In this document: in pieces, positions 54,528-64,000 of the stretch
How positions within the stretch are numbered: the stretch's first letter is position 1
Layout: every line of letters starts with the position of its first letter
Assembly (NCBI GenBank): GCA_951406725.2
Contig: OX597827.1
Coordinates: 62,868,001 to 62,932,000, forward strand
From: Octopus vulgaris
Taxonomy: Eukaryota
Direction: 5' to 3'
DNA length: 64,000 nucleotides
The notes under the pieces: generated by a model
Told to the model about the DNA's origin: nothing
The model's input: only the letters and a program-made list of their open reading frames with translations
Database searches by the model: none
Position numbers and translations under genes: made by a program

Positions 54528-54803
54528 CATTCATGCAGATTTATATACAAATATATGTGTATATGTGTGAGTGTGTGTGTGTCCGTGTTTGTGCGTAGGT
54601 GGACTTCATAGAATTAACACAAGGAGACCAAATGTCTGGTTAATAAGTTTGATGTGTTTTGGTTTTTACAAACACAAAGAATAAAGCACCGAGAAAACCC
54701 TCACTATTAAAGAAGTCAGTCAGACATATTGCCGTCATTTTTAATTCCACTTGTAACAGAAGAAAGGTTGTTACACAATACACTGACAGCCAAAGAAATA
54801 TAT

Positions 54804-54874
<71 letters not shown>

Positions 54875-54905
54875 TATATTGTGTTTGTGTATCTCTCTCT
54901 CTCTT

Positions 54906-55002
<97 letters not shown>

Positions 55003-55482
55003 TATGTATCATAAAGAAGCATTGAGAATTATACCTCTTCAAAATTCATTTATTACAATATTATTCACATTAAATTCCAGTCCGTCTCGTGTTGTTACTG
55101 GAGAGATGTCCAAGTATCCTCTGATGTAATATTTGTGCGCATTTAGTTGATTCAGTTGTAGTACATATTCGTCGAAGGTACACATTCCAATGCAATTTGT
55201 TCAATGTTTTACTCATGCAGATGGGTGAAGTGAACTGAGGATTCGAGGATTAGAAAGTTCTTCTTAAAGTACATTTTAGTTCAGGGATCATATAACCTCA
55301 CTGTACATGACAGCAGAATTTGCGTTAAAATATGATATGGCTATAGTTCTGGTATCATTTAAACTTAGAATGAGATTTGTAGATATTAAGGGAACAGATT
55401 ATTTTATATATTTCGTAGAAGAAAAGATCCATTCACACCACTGACAACTCATAATGAGGATGATATGGTACCATGTACGATA

Positions 55483-55860
55483 TTGTTGGCATCCTTTTGT
55501 CTCGGGAGATAATGAAGTTGCGCATAAACTCATCCAGTCTGACATTTACATTTCGTGTCCTCTCCAGTTTCCTCTCCAGTTTTGCGCAGGCCTGGGCTAG
55601 ATGTAAGAAAGTCCTGGGCAGCCCAATCGTCAGGATTCCTCTATCGACCTTGCTGACGTAGTCCAAAGGAGTGCAGAGCATTACGTTTGGCACCAGCTTG
55701 GTTGCAGGAGCTGCCGGAAGAGTGTCCAGTCGAACACTAAACCGCCTGGACTTCTTTGAAGGTTGTCTCCTTTCCGTAACCCTGGATAGGAGCCCATACC
55801 GGGTACTGTCAGCCGGAGCCAGCTGAGCCCGGGGCTCATGTCAGGCAGGGTTGTCACTCA
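55483..55860 (-). mobile_element. Bipartite non-autonomous RTE derivative (putative 5' UTR joined to RTE 3' tail)
   Basis: 55483-55560 matches the RTE tail at 21626-21705 (TTGGCATCCTTTTGTCTCGGGAGA..GTTGCGCATAAA..TTTACATTTC). The rest is GC-rich, non-coding and RTE-5'UTR-like (TGGTGCCAAACGTAATGCTCTGCACTCCTTTGGAC). Confidence 0.7.
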
Positions 55861-56319
55861 CTTGAAGTAATGAAGAAAATCGCTAACTACTACCTAACTA
55901 TGTACGATAAATGCATATATTTAAAAGGAATCGAAATGTAAAGGAAATAAATATCGTTTGAATGTTAGTAATCGAACCAGATCATTGCAATAAAGTTTTA
56001 TGCTCTTTTATACATTAGAATTCTAATTTGATTGAGATGAATAAATAAGTCGAAATGCTAATCATATTTTGTCACATTTCATAAAAAATATAACTGTGAG
56101 GTTTCGTGCGAATTTGTTAAAATCTGATTAAAGTGAATTTGCGATTATTTGACTAGGATAACTTATATGACTTTATGTCTGCGTAAAATCTAATTAAAAA
56201 TCCTTGCTTCAAAAGTACTTAAATACTTTTCATACGTTTTGTGTTAATCCTATTCATGCGTTCATTCATTTGGGTTTTAGGGATTCATCGATTTGATTTA
56301 TTGTTAGGGATATACAAAA

Positions 56320-57435
56320 TTTAGAATATGAACTCAGAATGCAACGACTGGCGAATTACCGCTAAGCATTTTGTCTGGTATGCTAATGATTCTGTCAGAT
56401 AAAATTGGCTTCAAATTTTGGTCAAAGACCAGCAAATGCAGAGCGTACGTCGATTACATCGACCCCAGTGCTAAACTAGTACTTGTTTTATCGAACCAGA
56501 AAGGATGCAACGCAAATTCGACTTTGGTGGTATTTGAACTCAGAACATAACGACGGACGAAATTTTTATTTCTTTACTACCCACAAGGGACTAAACACAG
56601 AGAGGACAAACAAGGACAGACAAACGGATTAATTCGATTATATCGACTCCAGTGCATAACTGGTACTTATTTAATCGACCCCGAAAGGATGAAAGGCAAA
56701 GTCGACCTCGGCAGAATTTGAACTCACAACGTAGCGGCAGACGAAATATCGCTAAGCATTTCGCCCGACGTGCTAACGTTTTTGGCACCTCGCCGCCTTT
56801 GCTAACGTTTCTGCTAGCTCGTCGCCAGAACATAAAGACGGACGAAATTCTGCTAAGCATTTCGCCTGGCAACGTAATAATTTTGCATGATCAGCGCCTT
56901 TTCAGCAGTATTGCTTTTAACAAGGTAAAAGGCGATGAGCTGGCAGATTCATTAGCACGCCGGGCAAAACACTTTTGCGGCATTTCGTCCATCTTTACGC
57001 TGTGAGTTCAAATTCCACCGAGGTCAACTTTGTCTTTCATATTTTCGGGGTCGATAAAATAAGCACCAGTTGAGGGCTGGGGATAATGTAATCGAATCAC
57101 CCACTCCCTCGAAATGTTTGCCTTGTGCCAAAATTTGAAATCAACAGGGCAATATGCGTTGGTCATCCTGCCAATTAATTTCTAGAAAAGTAAACCATTT
57201 TTTTGTCGACACCGAAAGGATGAAAAGCAAAGTCAACCTCGGTGGAATTTAAACTCAGAATGCTAACGATCGTGCCAGCCTGCCACCTTTAAACGAAATA
57301 TATCGGTTTCAAATTTAGCAATTTCGGGTCATAAGCCGACCTCGAAGGAAATTTAACCCAGAACATTATGACGAACGAAATGCCACTTAGCATTTTGCCC
57401 AGGAATACTAAACATTCTGCCAGCTCATCGCCTTG
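56320..57435. mobile_element. Dense cluster of SINE family B copies in both orientations
   Basis: Minus copies ~56410-56800 and ~57200-57435; plus copy ~56930-57140. Confidence 0.8.
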
Positions 57436-57992
57436 GTCATATATGATAAGGAAAACCATACTGCTAACATCAATGACAAAAATACTAACAAAACATTGCT
57501 CAAATTTATGAATGCCATAAACAAAATTAAAGAAAAAACAGAAGACGGTTTTGTTATTGTGTACAACTAACACAAGCAAATCATGTAGGTATTACGCAAG
57601 CATTTTTTAGATGCTACAATATATAAACGGCCAGAAAACATCTTCATTGAAGCAAAAGACTTTATCATCACAACCGACATTCACGCAGCAATAACTCAGA
57701 AATTAATTTTAAAACCTCGCAGAGAAAAGCTAATTATATTCAAATCGGATTAGGCAGACACTATCACGATGTGGGAGACCTCCTAACATTCGTAAAATTA
57801 TCTTGTATATATGTATATATAATATATAGAAAAACAACATTCGTAAACTAATAGGAAATTACATTGTACTAGAAACGCAAGCAGACGTATACAAATATAA
57901 CAGGCAACATTAATTATACACGCACTCATACAGGTACACACGCGTGGACACAGAAACACACACAAAGTCACGCGCTCACATACACACACACT

Positions 57993-58038
<46 letters not shown>

Positions 58039-58130
58039 GTTCTTCAAATTTACAGAAAACAAAAGACGAAGACAGGTGAAAAAACAACAGGGAAGTATAT
58101 TATTTTTTAACGCCCGGGAAGAATGGGAAA

Positions 58131-58170
58131 GTTTTTAATGTTTCGAGCCTACGATCTTCGACAGAAAAGA
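58131..58170 (-). ncRNA. Degenerate hammerhead-like variant
   Basis: Minus strand: TTTT-CTGTCGAA-GATC[gtag]GCTC-GAAAC-ATT-AAAA; non-canonical core. Confidence 0.25.
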
Positions 58171-58231
58171 CTAAGAGTGAAAAAGCGAGAGAGGTAAAAT
58201 GTGTTGGAACTAACGGTTAAATAGGAGGATT

Positions 58232-58271
<40 letters not shown>

Positions 58272-58336
58272 ACCATCAGAATCCTCAACCACCTCGCAAG
58301 ATCAGTCAGACGAAAGTACTCTACCACTACACCGCC

Positions 58337-58371
<35 letters not shown>

Positions 58372-58432
58372 GATAATGATGATGATAATAATAATGATAA
58401 TAATAATGATGATGATGATAATAATAATAATG

Positions 58433-58471
<39 letters not shown>

Positions 58472-58559
58472 GTAATAATAATGATGATGATGGTGATGAT
58501 GATGATGAAGAAGATGATGATGAGGATGATATTGCCTACACGATACACACGTACACGCA

Positions 58560-59325
58560 CAGAAAATAAAAACAAACAGAGAAACGCGACATGCAACATA
58601 AAAAATAATCCCCTTCTTCAGTTTTCCCTATTTCATCTACTCGGCGTAATGAAGCCAAGGACAATACGCGACTTCGTTGAAACAATCCTTCCCACAAAGC
58701 AAATTAAATAAAATTTGGGATTTTTTTGCAGAGGGTGAAAGTGGTAACAAGAACATAACAGTGAGAACAAAACTGTAAAAACAAACGGTCGGGGCTGGTG
58801 AGCCAAGACGGTAGAAAAATTATTATGAACGCTAAAAAGACGAGATTATGAGAAGAGACAGTATAAGAACGTGTTGTCTTTAGGAACGAGAGACGACGAG
58901 ACAGTCGAGGAGAAGTGAGAGAGAGGGAAAAGTGAAGAGGAGAGGAGAAGAATAGGGAAGGGTGGGAGAGAAAACCTGAAAGGATGAAGAACAAGAGAGG
59001 GAGAGAGATAGACAGAGAAGAGATAGCAGAACTAGAAGAGTGCGCATCGTAATTATTAAGATAAAACTTACTTGGAAAAATGCGTGGTGTAATAATATAA
59101 ATAATATATAAATGTATACATATATACATACATATATGTATATACCTTCATATATATATATGTATATATACATGTATATATGGGTGCAGGACATAAAAAA
59201 ACGTTGAACACGGTGAGAAACGAAAATATAAAAACAACATAGAAACGAACTTTTTTTCGAACAACGAAAAAACCAAACAGAGAAACGAGACATGCAACAT
59301 AAAGAATATAGTCGAACTCCACGCA
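58560..59325 (-). mobile_element. Relative of the 32321-33464 element, with internal direct repeat
   Basis: Minus strand AATTTTATTTAATT..GGAAGGAT...GTCCTT..CTTC...GAGTAGA...CTGAAGAAGGGGA matches 32948-33055. AAACAGAGAAACG.GACATGCAACATAAA occurs at ~58574 and ~59275. Confidence 0.65.
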
Positions 59326-60074
59326 TCCTATTTTAAAACCACGAACTAAGAAAAGAAAGAATTTTGTGTGTCAAATTTTTCTCCAGAAGTTCATGGCTTC
59401 GTAGAAATAAGCGTAGAAAACTGCAGCAAGATAACCAATTTTCAAATTTTTTCGTTTTAAAATATGCGTATTTTGTGAATGAAACACACTAGCCCCTGAA
59501 TAAGAAACGAATGTTTAATACAACAAATTTTCAAATATTTTTACGTCATTTTAAAAGGGGGCTTATGCTTTCTTGAGCATAAAATTGCTTTTCCCTGGTG
59601 ACAATAACTTATATGTTAGATTGTTGCACAAGTTCTAGCCGTTTTGATAAGGGAAATCGGAAAGGTTTGTAAGTATTTCATCGTTATATACGTGTACCAA
59701 AGAGCACACTTTTTCCCAAATTGGGCTGAGAACTTTTGATCTCAGGAGAACTACGTGTCAGAGAAATCCAAAAGATTGTGCTGACAAGTACTGTCCGCAT
59801 CCATACAAAAACCCTATCAATTTAAATAATTGTGTTGTATTACATGAATATATTTTCCTGCTGCCCCAGTCACTTCCCCTGCCTATGCTTTCAATCAAAC
59901 AGTAACATTTTTTATCTTTCACTCGCCCTAGAACGCTGGGTGTGTCTCGGCAAGTGATTACATACAAATTAAAAGTCAATAATAATAATAACAACAACAA
60001 CAACAATAATAGTAATAACAGTAATAATAGCAACAACAACAACAACGACGATACAAAAACAAAAAATAATAATA

Positions 60075-60256
60075 ATGGTTTCAAATTTTGGCACAAGGCC
60101 AGAAATTTTAAGGGAGGGTTTAGGTCGATTACATCGACCAAGGTGAACCAAATCGTACTTATTTTATCGACCCCGAAAAAATGAAAGGAAAAGACAGAAG
60201 GAATACCGTTAAGCATTTTGTTCGGCGTAGCAAATGATTCTGCCAGTTCACCGCCT
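60075..60256 (-). mobile_element. SINE family B
   Basis: TTTCAAATTTTGGCACAAGGCCAG...GTACTTATTTTATCGACCCCGAAA...GATTCTGCCAGTTCACCGCC. Confidence 0.75.
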
Positions 60257-60392
60257 TGTAGCGGTATTAATATTAACAAGGTAATATGCGTTGATCGTCC
60301 CGCCTACATGGTTCATCTAATTTCATGAATAATAAACTTATTTACAACACTAGTGGCAGCAAAAGAACTACAAAACCGGGAACAACAAGAGC

Positions 60393-60800
<408 letters not shown>

Positions 60801-61169
60801 AACAATTAAAATCAATACTAACATCAACGCTAACGACAGTATACAGTTTAGGAAATAAAAATAACACAATATGGCGTGCAACAAAAACGTCTACGATATC
60901 AACGACAGGAAACAGTAAGAGAGAAAAAAAAAACAAATCTTTTCTTTTTTGCTCACACGTGACCAAACATCAAGCGTTCTTAGCTTCTGTCACATGAGTC
61001 CATCATTAATTTAAGACAAGGTCTATGATGTATTTTCTTATTATTTGACATCTTACTTTTCAAACGTCGTTCTTCACTAGCTTAGTTAGATATTAAGTCA
61101 CGTTTTCATGCACAGCCGGAAAAAGACTTGCTGCAGCTAGTGACGTATTTGTTATTTTTGTTGTTGTTG

Positions 61170-61201
<32 letters not shown>

Positions 61202-61267
61202 GGTGGTGATGGTGGTGTTTAGTTGTCATGGTTACAAGTATATTTGTCATTAATATTGTTGCTGTTT

Positions 61268-61298
<31 letters not shown>

Positions 61299-61309
61299 TT
61301 ATTATTATT

Positions 61310-61475
61310 CTATGTTTGACTTTTGCTTTATGTCTGTACAAGTTGGCTCCAAGTCTCACCCAGAGACCTCAAGAGACAACAGGTTGGAAGTTCTGTGCCA
61401 TATATTTGGGTTTTTTTTTTTTTGGTGTTGTACTAGTGAATGTCTAATACATAAAAATAACATTTTAAAAAAAAA
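61310..61475 (-). mobile_element. Dong/R4 3' UTR fragment
   Basis: Homologous to 61737-61880 (TTTGACTTTTGCTTT...CAAGTTGGCTCCAAGTCTCA.CCAGAGACCTCAAGAGACAAC). Confidence 0.8.
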
Positions 61476-61491
61476 ATTATTATTATTATTA

Positions 61492-61652
61492 TTCAGTAGT
61501 TTTATTTTTATAGCGTGCTTTCACTTCACTACCGAGCGCAGCTCTGTGTGCCTTGGGTATGTGCTGTGATTTGTTGTGATGCTCTGATGGTTATTGTATG
61601 GAAAGTGTTCTGCGTAGGATATGTGCAGTGCCTAGTAGTGCAATTTTCTGTA

Positions 61653-61657
<5 letters not shown>
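61492..61657 (-). mobile_element. Short Dong/R4 3' tail
   Basis: Near-identical reverse complement of 46087-46252, embedded in (TTA)n. Confidence 0.85.
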
Positions 61658-61724
<67 letters not shown>

Positions 61725-61736
61725 CGTTATTATTAT

Positions 61737-62982
61737 ACGTTTGACTTTTGCTTTGTATTTATACAAGTTGGCTCCAAGTCTCATCCAGAGACCTCAAGAG
61801 ACAACAAGTTAGAAGTTCATGCTGGTGTATTGCTTTGGGTGTCATATATTTGGTTTTGTACAGAGTATTGTTCTAGCAAATGTTTAAGAAAACATAAGCA
61901 AATTATGAATTTGTTTTAAAATTTAAGATTACATAGACAGTATTTTACATAGGATATGGGCAGTTCCCATGAGTACTATCTTTTGAATTTCTGCTATTTT
62001 GGGGTTTCCTGGTATTTGAGCTGGGTAGGAATCAATCCCTTTCGCTATCATTCCCAGGGCACCTATGACAACAGGTATTGTTTTAGTATTCATGTTCCTC
62101 ATTTTACCAATTTCTATTTCATGATCTTTATACTTGCTCTGTTTTTGGTAGGTATTGATAGATACATTTATATCGATTAGGACAGTTATATCAATGAGAA
62201 GGCATGGTTTTTATTTAAGGTCTTTCAGTATAATGTCTGGCCTATTTGCATCTATCTTTCTGTTAGTTTGAATGGTAAAGTTCCAGAGGAGTGAGATGCG
62301 ATCATTTGAAGCACAGGAGGTGGCTTGTGTTTCTACAAGTTTTTAATCATGGGGCAGGTTTTTGCAAATTACCCAGTGAATATATTGTGCAGCTCTATCA
62401 TGCCTGTTGAGTTACTCTGTAGGCGCAAGAAGACTGCACTTGGACACAACATGATCAATGGTTTCATTTTGTTGTTGACATACACGACATGCTGGGCAGC
62501 TACCGTTCTTTAATAAATTGGCCTGGTAGTTTCTTGTAGGTTGGCATTGTTCTTGGGCTGCTACGATAAACCCTTCTGTTTCTGATTTTAAGCCGGAAAC
62601 CACTAACCATTGAGGGGTAAAGGCTTTGTCAGCATCACCACTATTATGGGCATTTGCTATATAGAGGTTTTCTTGCCATTTATCTGTATCTAAGGCAGCA
62701 GTTTTAGCACGGGTTTTCATACGCTTTGCTTTTTCTGTGCTTGTTTCTCATGTCTAATTCTGGAATTTGTTGTATTTAGAATTCACTTAGATATTATTTT
62801 GCCCGTTTTGTTATTGAGTATGATGATTCCTTGTTTTTATGTTTTGAAACAAGATTTAAGATCCAGTCATCTGAGTTTCTCAGATAGGTGTCTAGGCTAA
62901 CTGTGGCAATCTTCATTGTTAATGTCAGTAGTAAAAGTCCAAGGCCTCCCTGTTTCCTTAGCCGATAAAGTCGTTCTATATT
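61737..62982 (-). pseudogene. Dong/R4-clade LINE 3' portion (RT thumb, CCHC, RLE, 3' UTR)
   Basis: IERLYRLRKQGGLGL, LKSETEGFIVAAQEQ..TRNYQ...CRVCQQQNETIDHVVSKC..LAPTE, LWNFTIQTNRKIDANRPDIILKD, IPVVIGALG, QKIVLMGTAHIL. Confidence 0.92.
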
Positions 62983-63159
62983 ATCAAAGTAACACTTGGA
63001 TAAAATATATGGAGCCCAATACACCCATCTTGACTACCCATCTCATAAGGGTACACCAGGCACATGCATCCCAACGATATGTGTGCAACATGATGATCTC
63101 ATATCAAGGTAAACAGCGCATGAGCTTACAGGTGGGACCCAGTTAGAATTTTCTTCAGG
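62983..63159 (-). mobile_element. Internal fragment of the ~550 bp retroposon fused to the 5' end of the Dong fragment
   Basis: ATCAAAGTAACACTTGGATAAAATATATGGAGCCCAATA...CCCAGTTAGAATTTTCTTCAGG matches 11306-11482. Confidence 0.8.
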
Positions 63160-63834
63160 CTGGTATATATATGTATAAATTCGATTAGAGGTTAGGTTAA
63201 CCTCATCAAAGTAGAAGACATTTGCTCAGGGTGTTGAAGTGAAGGACTAAACTCGAAAGCGTGTGATTGGCAAGCGAACTTGTTAACTATACAGTCCTGC
63301 TACTCCATTATCAATTCTCTTTTTTTTAAATAACCTTTTCTTACGTCAGTATAGCTTTGCTTCTATTGTCTACTTTCAAACTGAAAGTAGGTTTGTTCTT
63401 TTTGATTATGCTTTTGCATTTGTTTGTATGAGTTTCTCTTTACTTAATGTCAGATATTTTGAAATCCCCCGTAAATATTTTATAACGATTTTCAACTTGT
63501 GCAAGTCTTTCCACTATTCGTGGTTTATATGTTATCTTTATATGTCGGCTATTGGGTTGTGCATTCAAGTAATCTCCTTACTTACATAAGAAGCTCTAAT
63601 AATTCATTTAAATTCAAGTTTAGCTATCATAATAACAGCATTATTGGAATAGCTAGGCTATCCATACTATTACTTTGCGTTTAGCATTTAGCATTTAGCT
63701 TAGTTCAAGTACGTGTGAAACGCCTGCATTTTGGTTATATATTTGACGCTAGCCGGATCATTCTTATTTCCTTTCCTTATTTTCAATGGGTCCTTGGCGC
63801 ATTTTTCCAAATAGAATATCATGTTGCTGCTGCA

Positions 63835-63835
<1 letters not shown>

Positions 63836-63899
<64 letters not shown>

Positions 63900-63947
63900 A
63901 ACTACTACTACTACTACTACGACTATTATTATTATTATTATTATTAT
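63836..63947. repeat. (ACT)n then (ATT)n microsatellite
   Basis: Pure runs. Confidence 0.95.
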
Positions 63948-64000
63948 CTTTAGAATTTATGGTTTGAGAAACACGCAAAGAGTTGCCTTAACTCTCTAAG

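Overview
AT-rich, microsatellite-saturated eukaryotic non-coding DNA. The repeat families most resemble those of coleoid cephalopods (Octopus); this is my recognition and was not checked against a database. I cannot support any intact host protein-coding gene, and nearly all ORFs in the track are translations of microsatellites. The window is a mosaic of mobile-element remnants: Dong/R4-type (RLE) LINE fragments embedded in (AAT)n, an RTE LINE 3' end and a bipartite RTE derivative, a Penelope-like RT pseudogene, a multiply deleted Gypsy element, an internally deleted mariner with perfect TIRs, four non-autonomous Helitrons and several tRNA-derived SINE families. The most interesting hidden signal is a set of at least five sequence-unrelated type I hammerhead ribozyme motifs, most in foldback or inverted-repeat elements typical of Penelope-like retroelements. 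One of these families combines a tRNA (Pol III) head, a hammerhead and an inverted copy of its own tail, making it a candidate Penelope-mobilised ribozyme-bearing SINE. A second candidate is a ~550 bp non-coding retroposon found in (AAT)n tracts and once fused to a Dong RT fragment. Coordinates were read by eye, and repeat boundaries are approximate.
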